Assembly (NCBI GenBank): GCA_020137815.1
Contig: CM035350.1
Span: 1,054,001 to 1,118,000, forward strand
DNA from: Hormiphora californensis
Lineage: Eukaryota; Animalia; Ctenophora
Length of the DNA: 64,000 nt
Direction: 5' to 3'
Of the stretch, positions 37,313-54,700 are shown in pieces; within the stretch, counting starts at the first letter, position 1, and each line of letters starts with the position of its first letter. Below the pieces are notes generated by a model. It had not been told where the DNA came from. It did no database searches and was given only the letters and a program-made list of their open reading frames with translations. The translations under genes and the position numbers were made by a program.

Positions 37313-39903
37313 AGCTATCTCTTCATTTCTATCTCAATTTCTCTCTCTCTCTATCTCTTCATTTCTATCTCAATTTCTCTGTCGTCTTTGTCTATTTTCT
37401 ACTCTATATGGGGATCTCATCACGCACAGTGGACTGCTGGGTGAAATGTGGGATCTGATAACCACTAGGATGATCTGATACTCAGTGGGGTGATCTGATC
37501 CTGGGTGGGGTGATCTGATCCTCAATGGGATGATCTGATCTTGGGTGGGGGGATCTGATCCTCAGTAGGGTGATCTGATCATGCATGTTGGGTGATGTGA
37601 TCTGATCTTGATGACGACGATTTAGGGACCACCAAACATGCATGGGTGGGATCAAGTTTCGGGTGTTTTTGCATTATATAGTAAGACTAGCGCACCCATT
37701 GGATGCGCCTCAAGTAGCTTTTTGATTACCCACCCGGCTTCGCCGGGTGGTTCTTTTCGCCCTTTCAACGTCAATAACACGGTTGCCATGGCAACTGGAG
37801 TGGTAACTATGGGGACTGAATTATTAAAATTCATTCGAAAATATTAACAAACTTCCACTGGAAGTTCCAAAAGTGTGAACAGCAGCTTTACAGCTTTGGT
37901 CATATGAAGTGTTTTATGAAGGAGCAGCCTGTCGCTTAGATACCGCCTAACGAACGACCACCACTTCGACGACGTTCATCTCCAAATTATAATAGAGATA
38001 CTATTGTTTAACACCCCTTCACCCTATGCTAATGTTATACCATGCCAACACCTCTCACCCCCTGTAGGTAACTGGAGACAGGTTGTCCAACGGAGTGGCT
38101 ACAGTTGCTGTTGACTCTGCCAGCCCCATTGTACACCTGGGCGTCTACCTGGGACTGGGAACTCGACACGAGACCAAGGCCACTGCTGGCATGCTCCAGG
38201 TCATGAAACATGCCTGGTTGGGCACCACTACCAGGCGAACACTAGTTGGTGGAGCTAGGGAGCCCGTCCAGTGTGGAGCTAACATTGTATTTACCCCTGG
38301 TAGGGATGTTACTTCTATCACCGCATCCTGCCCCCGGGACAAGGCTGACCTGTGAGTAACATAAATCACAAAATAAGTTATCAGTTATGAGTTACCACCT
38401 AACCACTAATCGTTAGTTACAACTGGCTCCAACTACCCGGTAACTGCACGCACATCTCTAGTTACTAACTATTGTGTTTCAGTGTGCTCGACCACATGGT
38501 ACAGAACCTGATCTGTCCAGAGTTTTTCAACCACGAGCTGCACACCCCCATCGCTAGAGCTGCACAGACCTCTGCTGTAGAGCTGGCAAACCCTCTTAAC
38601 CGCATGCTCGATACGGCTCACCAGGTAGGTCAATTAATGGATCTAGAGGTGTAGGTCGTCTGTACATATAATTGTGAAACCAACCGACAATGTAGGTTGC
38701 AGTTGTCTGTTCTTTCTAAGTTCAGCCAACAAATCTCCCCTCCACAGTTGGCATATCGAGGAACTGGACTTGGCCGATCTCTCTACTACGCAGGAAACTC
38801 TGGTCTGGACAGGGATGCCTGTCTTGACTTTGCTCTGGAGAACTTCAGGGATTCTAATAACATTGCAGTTGTTGGTGTAGGTATGTAACCCGGTAACATC
38901 CCCAGATCACTGCATCTCTCTCCTTTCTCTCTCATTTCCCCATATTACTCATCTTCCAGGCTGTAACGGTCTTTCTTTCACCCAGGATTTGATGCTGATA
39001 CAGTTAACGTGTTGGCTGATGAGTTCCTGTGGTCTCTAGAAGGAGGTTCTGTCTCTAGCGCTCCATCCACCTGGACCGGAATGAGGGACGCACACATTGA
39101 GGCACCCGGAGCTGGGGGCCGTGCCCTATTCCTGAGTGAAGGAGCCCCCATTGGCAGTAAGGATGCCCTAACTCTGGACCTTATTGGGTACCTAGTGGGA
39201 GGAAGTGCAGCACCCAGTGTAGCTCATGGTGCTGTCCAGACCAAACTAGCTGCAGCAGTTGGGGCTGTAGCTGGAGGTCCCTTCACTTCAGAGACTGTCA
39301 ACATCAGTTATAGGGACTCTGGAATGTTCGGCCTCTCTGTATCAGCAGCTAACGGAGCTGAGGTAACAAAGATATGTTTTCATACCACTAATCTATTAAC
39401 TGCACTTCTATCTAACACATCTAACCACTCTCTGTTCCCCTGAATCCACATCTATATCTAACATCTCTGTTCCCCCTAGCTCGGTGATGTGTTGAAGTGC
39501 TCTATTGGTGTCGTCAGGGGAGTTAGTCAGGGTGTATCTGATGAGGATCTACAGGGTGCTAAGAACCGACTCAAACTATCTGTCCTTAATGAGGTACCTC
39601 TCCATCTCCTTTCTTTCCTTCTTCTCTACTCCTTTTCTACTCCAAGATGTCCCCCACTATTTAACCATTCTAACACTCCTCCCTCCCATCTAGCGATCCA
39701 GCGTGTCTGGTGTTCTGAACGGTACAGCAACTGAAGCCCTTGCTGGGGGAGCTGCACGATCAGCGGGAGATATCTGCGCTGCTATTGATGCTCTTACTGC
39801 TGAAGATGTCATTGCTGTGGCTAAAAAGGTTGCCACATCTCAGCCGGTCCTGGTTACCTACGGATCTGCTGAAGATATGCCCCTTCAAAGAGAACTCATC
39901 TAA
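36934..39903 (+). CDS. UQCRC2: Cytochrome b-c1 complex core protein 2 / M16 peptidase-like, mitochondrial
   Basis: LSNGVATVAVDSASPIVHLGVY..GTRHE, NISYRDSGMFG, DLQGAKNRLK and IDALTAEDVIAVAKK...YGSAEDMP; no HXXEH motif seen. Confidence 0.82.
37470..37610. repeat. About 21-bp tandem repeat (GGGTGATCTGATC core) in UQCRC2 intron 1, after a CT microsatellite
   Basis: Repeated GATCTGATC units seen directly. Confidence 0.8.
37687..37998 (-). mobile_element. Non-autonomous Helitron, second copy
   Basis: Reverse-complement homologue of 18108-18416 with the same TC/CTAG termini and terminal hairpin. Confidence 0.85.
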
Positions 39904-40614
39904 ATTATTGACTTTGTATATAACCCACGCAGCAGTGTGTTGAGTGTGAAAGATCGAGAGAGAAATATTGAAATCATGAGATCGAGTGTGTTGCCCCCGA
40001 TTTGAAGTTATTAGTTCACTGTTTCTTGGATTACTAAATTCACGGCTGTTTTACATTCGTCCCTCCACAGCCCGGTCACACTGCAGTGCGCTGATTTGAG
40101 GACTTGGTTGTAGGGCGCGCGGATCTTCCAACGGTGAGAGTTCAGTGGTCTTCGCGCGGGATGTTGCACAAACAACCACCCAGATGCGGACCCAGGAAAC
40201 CGTGATGCATCACCCCACTGACAAGCTCATGTTTTGCCCCCGGCCCCTTTTAGTTCCAATGTGAGAATGATTATTTGTGGAGAATAACTGATATCATTAC
40301 CGGCTTTATCAACTCTTACAAATATATTTTACTTTCATATAACATTGTGGAAGGGAGCATGGGCTGCAGCTTGGAGTACTATAATAGGCGTAACCAGTAC
40401 GCGACGATCGACAAGCCATTTCAAACAACACACCGAATATATATTTACTGTCTTCTAGAGAGAGGTTGATATAGTTTCCCGCATATTACAACAACGCGTC
40501 GTGTATAACTTTACTGTCAAGGTAACACACACACACACAATGTTCAACAATTGTAAACGTAAAGTGGGGCACGGGGCGAGAGCAGCTGAATAGTAAGTAG
40601 AAGGAAGGGGGTGT

Positions 40615-42833
<2,219 letters not shown>

Positions 42834-44473
42834 CTGGGGAAAGGGGTTGTTTAGAGTCGGAAAGAAAGACAATAAAAGAAGAAATATCGGTTATTACAGT
42901 CACTAGAAGTGTGCTGGCGCTATCCTCAACTCTACGACTTCTTTTTGCCTCTGGTTTGAAGATGGAGCTAACGAAGTTATGAAGGAAACTCATTTACAAA
43001 GTTGGGTTATACACAAAGCAAGGGTTTGAAAAACAACAGTCAGTGTGAACAATTTAAAAGTTTTTTGAAAGTTGTTAGTCCTGCTCCTTCATAAAATGAC
43101 TCGACGAAAAAATAACCCAGTAGCGAACTGCGAAGATTGGCAATCTAACATACGACCCTAGTCCCTTACAAAATCAACAGTTTTACCGCCAGGTTCAACA
43201 AACATTAACAATTCAGGTCTCAAAGGGAGCTGAAACATGTAGATCTGTACAAACAACACATGACACAAACCGGCGGTTAAAGTCATGTGTGTTAAGGGAG
43301 AGAAATAGTGTGTATGTATACGACGGTGTCTCCCTGTCGCCCTTATTTCGCGTCACACTAAATGCATTACACATGTCACATACAGACTTTGAAAGAGTGG
43401 AAACACACAGAGAGGCAAGGAGAGATGTGGACAGCATTGAGTGTATATTGAGACTACAAAATTGCAGACAACGACAAGAAATGTCTGACACAAAATCCCC
43501 TTAAAATAAACAATAGCCGACAATTTAAACACTGCCAAAATGGAGACAACTGCAGCAACGCCCCTATCAAATTACAAACAAAACACTTGGCAGGGAGAGA
43601 GTGAAAAATGCGGTGTTTTTATTGGGACAGGAAATGGTGTCAGAGCGTGTCTTACCGGTACATTCTCGCGTCCTGCATTTGACGAAGGTGACCTCCTGGA
43701 CCGTATATCGGGGACGTGGGGGTTAGCAACTGCTACTGTAGCCATAATATCCGCTATTACACACCCATAAAATACGCTATACACAGAAAGAGGGGTTAGC
43801 TCACACAAAACCAGGTAAAATTCTTGCGGAGGAAGAATTGCAATTTATGCTTCTCTGAGCGCGGCGCGGCTCACACAATACTGCCAATAAAATGGAATTG
43901 CGCGTGCCATCAGAGGGGCGTGACATGTCGGCCCTGTGGGGTGTGCCATGACCGTTGGAATACGAATTATGTAGTGGTTTATTAATATTCAAGGCATAGT
44001 TACAATTACTACAGGCATTCTTGAAAATAAATCTTAATTCCAACAGACACACACTGGCACACACACACACACACACAGGGGGAGGGGGCCGGTATAACGG
44101 GCCAGTGAGTGTAATCACATTCAACAGCCGGGTTATATCCCCGTTATATCCTACGAAGCACACGCGTTATATTCTCAACAGGAAGACAAAGAAATTTGGT
44201 ACATACGAAGAAAGGAAGGATCAAAGTTCAAACACAGGCACAATTCTCTTTTTTAACTCTTGTGTGTTTCACTCGAGGGAGTTTACTGTTATATTAGGGC
44301 ACAAACTAGAATGACTCAGAGCTTTATGTAATTTTAAGGGGGAAGGTAGGGACGCGTGTGTGATGTGAGGGAGATCTCTCAGTATGCAATATTGTATATA
44401 GCCTGAATCATGATATTCCCCGAAACGAAAAGAGAGGAGTCACTTGAGTCTCGCGCTCCGATAGCAGCACGTG

Positions 44474-46869
<2,396 letters not shown>

Positions 46870-49452
46870 CTAACAACGACTCAGTGTGAGTCTGACTCAA
46901 ATCGAGTCTAGACCAACCTCCTATAATGGTAAGATAATGTTACAGTTATACTTGACTTCCCTATTTAAAGGATGTCTAATATATCAGGTATCAGGGCAAG
47001 GGTTGATCTATTTAGATCAGCACTAGGTTTGGAAGGATTTGTCTAGCCCAATATTTGTAAAAGCTGGTGAGCACGGGTAGAGAGGGTCGAGCAATGCAAG
47101 GGAGGACAAGGACGCCGTACTATTCGATAATCCTATCCAGTACAGTAAGAAGTAGTAAAACGTAGCTAATTACTTTTAGAAAGATCAAAGATGGGTATTC
47201 CGTGATAATTTCGTTGAAAAAAAGACTTTAGGGCTAAAGGACTAAAAATTTTGTCTAAACTTCGACTTAGAAAGATTAGTTGTAGTATCCGTGCAAAGTT
47301 TTAGCACTTATGTAACTTGTAAGTAACAGAGTGTGGTGGTATAGGAGTTTATACTGCCACAAACTACTACTTTCTTGCTAAATACGGTTGTTAATGACAT
47401 GCTTTGAACTTAGACTTTTCAAGGTTTTCCAGGTTCAGCTGGGATCTTTAAAAGATTACTCTGTCAGTTTTCAGTAAGTTCATTCATATAATCCTAGACG
47501 GACGGATTGTTCACGTGTCGATCCGTTCACCCTTCCAGCAGGACCCTAAACATATATGATATGTCATCCAATATCTCCACCGCGCTGTGTTGATCTTCTC
47601 GGAAATGCATTCCATCACCGTACGGCCCCCATACCGTAGGAGTTGAAGTAAATTTTTGGGACAACTATGATTGAGATAACTGCTCTGCTGTTATGGGAAG
47701 GTACTTGAACTCAGACTCCAAGCTATTCATGATGGTGTCATCTTGCTATTTTGGGGTGCACCAATCACCATTTATTACACGCATGTCTGTAGGAAAGTAT
47801 AATGCTCTCTTTTTCTCTGAAGAGACAGATCAGTTTAAAGCTTTTTAAACCGCTCCATACAGGCCAGTTGCGCCTCAATCCTCCTGGTAAATTGCCCCAG
47901 TACGCTCTCAATTGCCTACATCTCACCAAGGACTTGATGAGTCGAGCGTCGGTTATGTTCACTGACCTATCCTTCAATGCCCGTAACGCCCATGTAGCCA
48001 TCGCTGGCCATCTTGCTTTAGATATCTCCATGGCGTGTGGAGGCCAAGGGGAGTAGATTTTTGTAATTTCCTGCTGGTGTTGTTGTTGTTGTTTTGAGGT
48101 TAAATAGGGCCGAGAGGAGCTCTCCGCAGGAGAGCACCTCTCGCCAGCCCCACCGCTCCTGGTCTGAGTGTCGGTTGACACTCCTTGCATCCTCCACTGA
48201 AATTGTCCGGCCAGAGGCCGTGACAGAGTTTTGGAGCTTGGAAATCCCAGATCAGAAGCAGTCCCTTGGCTGAAGAGAATTCGTTGAGCTCCCAGTCCAG
48301 ACCGGGAGAAGCGGACGACTCCCAGTCAAGACTGGGAGCCGTAAGCCGCTGCGCCACGTCAAGGCTTCTCCTCATGCGAGCGGCCTGCTGGTGTTCGTGT
48401 AGTCGGTCAGGCAAAACCAATTTATCTATACTATTACTGACATTGCTAGGCCAGGTGCATGTGGCTTCTTTTGTTATATTTTTGAGTTTGACTTTTTCTG
48501 TTTTTCTCTCTACATTTCTTGGTGGTGTCACGTTACACGTACAAACATAGTTCGTTTTGTAAGAGTAGCTCAAGCTAGTTACTGTTCAGTTGATGGTGTA
48601 CCACCATCTTCCTGTACTACCATACTGTTTGCTGGAGAGCATTCCTGCTCCAGAGCTTATCATTTCTGTTTCACCACAGACACGCGTAACCCAGAGGTTC
48701 GCCCGGCCCTCGCCAGATACTTTTCTAATTTTCCTCCCATCTAATCCTGAACATATCTCATTCAGGATATTTAACTAGACACGGATCAACCGATTAAATA
48801 GCTCCAGCTTATGTCCCTAATCTACAGCGCAGACAGAGAGTTGCAGTGAGCAACCTCAGAACAGCAGCGAGAACATGTTCAGGTCGACCAGTTACGACAA
48901 ATCACAGCGAAGAATAGCTTCGTTCAAGAGTGCACACTGGAGCTACCTAAATTTTAAGGTCGTGAGCGGTAAATTCACAATTTTTAGCACCAAAGTAAGA
49001 CGTTTAACGACATATCTCTGCCATTTCTTGGCAAATTGCTTCATCTTGGGCTTGTTGGAAAGAGGGCATCGAGCTCTTTCTGTGGAGCGCAAGTTTTACC
49101 GTGTTGACAAATAAATGGGGGAGCGATGGCGCAGAGCGCAACTTTGACAACACAAATCCTACATTTCTCATATTCTTGAGCTGTTTGGAAAGAGCTCAAT
49201 GCCCTCGAAGGCCCTCTTACCGACGAACCCAAGCAATTTGGCCAAAAAATGGAAGAGTCATGTCCAAAAACATCAAATTATGCTACTAAAAAGTATGTTA
49301 CTTTAATTTATCGCCAACCTTCGGAGGGGCTGTGCTGAGCTGAACTGTGGTGTGTCTAAACTAGACGTATTGTATCGTGCTCAAACCCAACCATTTTCGA
49401 GGCCTGTTGCTCGTAGTACGAGCCTCGTACAGCCTACAGGTGACCCAGTGAT

Positions 49453-50263
49453 GGCCAGCGTTAAAATCGTGAGTGCTGACAAACGGTTTTCCAGGGTTAG
49501 GGCTAAAGTAGGGTTGGGGTTTGGGTTGGGGTTAGCGCACTGCGCACCAGTAAACAGGCCACCAAACACCCAGATCGTAACGGTGAACCCAGTAGGGATC
49601 CCTAAAAAAGTTCAGTATTTACACAGAGTTTACACAGTCTTTACTCAGTCGTTACACCCAGAGCGGCGCGTGCTGCGCACAGTGGCTTTTTCGAAGAAAA
49701 TATTGGATTGTGTGCTGCACAATTGACAAAATTGAGCGCTGCGGCGAAAAAAGTTTCCGAAAACGCTGCAAATCGAGTGCGAAAGACGCAGTCGTTACAC
49801 CCAGAGCGGCGCGGGCGCTCTGGGTGTAACGACTGAGTAAAGACTGTGTAAACTCTGTGTAAATACTGAACTTTTTTAGGGATCCCTAAAGTCGGATTTT
49901 TTGAAACTGTCACCCCCCTGAAATAACAAAATTTGCCATATCTCCGGTTCCTGATAAGATAGAGACTTGAAATTTGGAGGTTCGGAAGAACTTAGCAAGA
50001 TCTTCGTAACCTCCAAATTTCAAGTCTCTATCTCTTCAGGAACCGGATTTATGGCCATTTACAAAATTTGAAAATACCCAGGGGGGTGACAGTTTCAAAA
50101 AATCCGACTTTATGAGGCCCCTCGGAAATGTTCAAGTCATGCACAATCAAGTCACGCCCACCAATCACAGCTCAGAACGCGCGGAGTGCTTCGCGCGTTC
50201 TGCGCTGTGATTGGTGGGCCTGACTTGATTGTGCATGACTTGAACATTTCCGAGGGGCCTCAT
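49453..50263. mobile_element. Chain of abutting MITEs/foldbacks
   Basis: MULE-like MITE 49453-49585, then palindromic elements 49595-49886, 49889-50110 and 50112-50263 joined at TA dinucleotides. Confidence 0.85.
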
Positions 50264-50879
50264 GAGGCCAAGTTTGGTGGCCGGAAATTTCAAGGTGCGC
50301 CTTTTTTCGGTGGTTCCAGAGTGCGCGTTTGGCCTTTTTTCGAATATCTTTGTGCTGCACAATTGAGTGAATGGAGCGCCGCGGCTAAAAAGTTTGCTAA
50401 GCACGCTGCAAAAAGCAAGCCGCGCGCCAGAGATTGAAAATTTTTAAGTCTTTCCGCCCGTTCGATTTTCCTCTTTTTTAGGCAAAATGCAAATTTTTTG
50501 ATTGAAAAGCGCTGCCTTATCCCGCGCTGCGCCAGCAACGTTTGCCAAATTTTTTGATCTCTTATCGCTACGCCGAAAAAACTGCAAAAGATAACGGCAA
50601 AATCAATGCAGAAACTGAAAATTCAGACAATTCTGCGTCAACACAAAAGAGTTTAAAGCTCTTACACGTTTCCTTGGGCCTTTGTGCTGTGGACTCGTCA
50701 TCGATCATACTTTTAGCTTTTGGGGACTCATTTCTATAAATTCTAGGAGGTTTTTGGGCATATCTCACGATTAAAAAACCGTTAATTTGTATAAAACTGC
50801 TTGGTTCGTTGATCAAAATACCCCTTCCCCGGTCATACCCGCACACCAATAGTGAGATCTCTGCCCTTTAAAAAGTGGT

Positions 50880-51057
50880 ATTTGGGCAGGTCGGTAGAAC
50901 TTCGACAGAATTTAGGGCAGGTCAATTTAGGGCAGATCTGAATTTAGGCCAGGTCTGAGTTTAGACTTTAGGGCAGGTCTGAATTTAGGGCAGGCCGCAG
51001 GTCTGAATTTAGGGCATGTAAATTTAGGGCAGGTCTGAATTTAGGGCAGGTCTGAAT
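50880..51057. repeat. About 17-bp tandem repeat (GAATTTAGGGCAGGTCT)
   Basis: Multiple degenerate copies seen directly. Confidence 0.85.
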
Positions 51058-51069
51058 ACTAACAGTGCT

Positions 51070-51236
51070 GCTTGCAGTCAAAATACGGTAACGCAAAATA
51101 CAGTAAGGAGACGCGCACGGTGCATAACGTGCGGCAAAAAGTTCATGTGTCAGTACGTACTAGCGCCCTGATTGGTCACGGTTGCGCGTCGTCTTACTGT
51201 ATCTTCGTTTTCCATTACCGTTTTCCTACTACAAGC
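51070..51236. mobile_element. Degenerate inverted-repeat MITE
   Basis: GCTTGCAGTCAAAATACGGTAA...ATACAGTAAG pairs with CTTACTGTAT...TTACCGTTTTCCTACTACAAGC. Confidence 0.6.
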
Positions 51237-51404
51237 GACCGTGTAAGCATGTGAATGTGATTCGGGGTCCGGGGGAGCTTATTAGCGGTGTGAGACGATA
51301 CAAGATATATAGAACATGATTCGGGGAATTGGAAGTCAATCAGGAGTGTTAGACGATATGAGATACGATTCGGGGAAGGTTTCTATTGCTTTCCATCCCT
51401 ATAT

Positions 51405-51552
51405 ACGCTATCACCACTCAGAAAGCTTTCAGTGTATGTGGCCCTAAGCTTTGGAACAATCTACCCAAAAGCCTAAAAGAGGTATAATTTCTTGAAATTT
51501 GAAATTTTCAAGAAAATGCTGAAGTCTCATATTTTCACTATCGCTTATCTGA
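51405..51552 (+). mobile_element. LINE (L2/CR1) ORF2 3'-end fragment
   Basis: Translates (with an indel) to KAFSVCGPKLWNNLPKSLK...FKKMLKSHIFTIAY, the typical L2 ORF2 C-terminus. Confidence 0.7.
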
Positions 51553-51798
51553 ACTGTGGAGCAGCAACTCAACCACGCAGGAATAAGGCCAAGAATCTGA
51601 ACCCCTCTGTCTCTCTGTCTCTCTCTGTCTCTCAAGGTCCTTGGTGGCACAGTCACCTCAACCTTACTACTCAGTACTCGTTGTTTTGCCGGGCTTTACG
51701 CAGGAGTTGTAAGGGTGACTGCGCAGCGTCACCAACCGACTACCACGAATTGCTGTGATCGATACCTGGTACTTACTCGTATATATAATATTAGTAGG

Positions 51799-54700
51799 AT
51801 GGCTCGTGTATTTATCAACAATGTGGACAGTTATCTTGGGGAGCAGGTTGCAGAGGTAGGAAACACATAATATTTGGATTATTACATATCAATTGGCACA
51901 AGTCAATGTTCAGATTTGCCTAGCTAGACTATGTTTCGCGCACCCCGCCCTCGAAACAAAAGGAGGGTTATAACAAGTTCAGATATGATTAAACGAGATC
52001 ATTGTCCAAGAATAGAATCTAACATTCCCAATTCACCAGATATTCGCAAACACGGTGGTTGGCTCCACTGTCGAGGAGGCGATAGATGACGACGAAGGAT
52101 CTGCCCGGGCTCAGGTCCGTTATGAAGTAGTGGGTACAGTTTCCTGCCCCAGTGCAGTGCCCTGTGCAGCAGTCAGTGAGGTTGTAACAGCTGCTAATGC
52201 TGATGAGATGCTTGTGGCACTGATGCAGTGTGATATTATCGTGTACGATATCACTGGGGATGAACAGCAGGTGGAGAACTGTCTCATCGCGTGCAATGGT
52301 GAGTGGAAAACTGCTGTGCGATACCGGTTCATACCGGGACTTTTATTGTTTGGATCACTTCGGCAAATAAAACCTAATCACCCGCTATATTTCAGCCCTA
52401 CACGAGCAGATTGCCAACTTCAAGACACCCAAGACCTTCATCTGTCTCTCAAGTGTTATGACATGGTGCAAAACTAAGCCCAACGAGCCTGTAAGTAACT
52501 TATACGACTTTTCAAAATCACATTTGAATTCTTAGCAGTTAGCACTGTTCAATCCAGCATTTTACCATTCAAATCCAAAACTTCTTCATTTTCTCACCCA
52601 TCTAGCAGAACATATAAACTACCTTTCTTTAACCCTGTGTAATTCCTTGTAGGCAATAGAGGTATAAAATAACACGCCGCGGGGTAACTCATTGAATTGT
52701 GTAGCGTGCTAGTTGGCAGTGCAGTGTAATTGTGCAATGTGACTGTGATTTGATGTCGGAGGGAACAATGAAATTGAAAACTAATCTATTAGACGCTAAC
52801 ATCGCTAGCTGCAGAACACAAGTTTTATGGTTTGTTTTGTTTGATTGATCTATATTCCATCAGGATGAGCCTGAGCAACCATTTACGGAGGAAGATTATA
52901 GGAGAAGGAAGTCCCATCCCAACTTCAAATCTGAAATCAAGTAAATAAACTCCCCTTACTGTCTCCTTGCTGTTAACCCCTCCCCTGCTAATGGAGGTCA
53001 GATTGCAAGTTAATGTTCGTTCCTCATTTCAGCGTTGAAAAACAAGTGATAAAGTTGGGAAAGACGGTAAGGAATGCGCGATGACACATCTCTGTCCAAT
53101 AGCAACAGATCTCGCGCGCTGTTACTGGGGGCAACGAGTGCGCGCAAACAGTACACAGTTTTAGCACTGACAAGGGACTGAAGTTCTCTATCTCACATTC
53201 TGTTATTTCCAGGACAAGACTCGGTTCCTCACTTATGTGGTGGCTGCTGGTCTGCCCTATGGAGGCAAGGAGGACATCTTCCACTATTTCTTCAAGGTGC
53301 GTGCTAAACAATATCTACCAAACTGTGAGTCACACTGACAGTGTTGGGCACGTCGCCGGTCGCGCCTGTCAGAGCATTGGCCTGACAGCGTCGCGCTATC
53401 CCCTGTACTTCGTCTCAGACGAAGTTGGCAGCTTCGCTGCCAACTTACAGTGTGGCGGGCAGAAAGCAATATGTTTTTCGTTGTACTCTGCTATACCCCA
53501 ACCCCTCCTCCCTCAGGTTGCCTGGCATGGTGAGTCTGCCGCCCTGAATATTATTGGGACGGGAGAGAACATTGTACCTACCATCCACGCCAAGGATCTC
53601 AGCAACATAGTGGTGTCTGTAGCTGACTCAAAACCCAAAACAAGATACATCTTGGCTGTTGATGATTCCATGAACTCTATGACTGATATCATCACGGTAT
53701 GTAGCATGGTGTTAGGGAATGCTGGGGGTAGTTAGTAAGAGATACATGGCCTAATTTACTATTCACCCCACAGTCGATCAGTAAGAGCCTGGGAACAGGA
53801 AATGTAATGAACATTAGCCGAGAGGAGGCCCTCCTTCTCCCCGAGATCACTCAGAGAATATTCGATATTATCTCTGTGAATCTCAGAATGGAGGGAACTT
53901 GGATCAAAGAGGGTGCCAAATTTGAATGGACTTCAGAGGTAATATAAATTGTCCCGCACTGGGCCTTTCAAACGTGTTGTTTGACCCCCCCAGAACTCCG
54001 TTACAACTAACATGGTCCATCCCTATAGACTGGAATTATCGAGAACATGCCAGCAGTAATTGACGAGTACAAGAGATCCAGGGGTCTCCTCCCCATTAGG
54101 ATTTGTGTACTGGGACCCCCTGCCTCTGGGAAGTCCCTGGTTGCATCCCAACTGTGTCAACACTACAAACTACACCACCTGAAAATAGCTGATGTTATCC
54201 ATGAAGCCATCGAGAAACTGGTATGTGCTAGACATTACGTCATGACATGGGAAGTGCCAACAATGTTGGTTCTACTTCTAGACTGAAGGCTCTACGACTG
54301 ATCAATAGCACCACTTTTATTTATTAATTTATTTATTAATTTATTTTATTTATTAATTTATTTTATTTTATTTAATTTTAATTAATTTTATTTATTTTGT
54401 TTATTAATTTATTAATTTATTAATTTATTTTATTTATTAATTTATTTTATTTATTAATTTATTTTATTTATTAATGGGGGGGGACATGTTAATTTTGTTA
54501 ACTTTGTTAATATTAACATCGAGAAAACAGGTGATTTATTAACAAAATTAACAAAAAGTTAACAAACGTTAACAAAGGCCATTTATGCCATCTAAATCCC
54601 CTTTAGCACGTATTTTTGGTATTTAACACTTGTTCTGCGAGCAAAGTTGTTCCTTCTGCACGATTTACATACCACTACTACCTCGACTACGGCTTTTCTA

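Noticed and set aside
43200-44470. Short ORFs between PSMC5 and UBE2D
   Set aside because: No motifs; most likely UBE2D 3' UTR and intergenic DNA.
47500-48900. Minus-strand ORF fragments 47765..48190 and 48100..48573
   Set aside because: No recognisable domain; probably decayed retroelement sequence that cannot be assigned.
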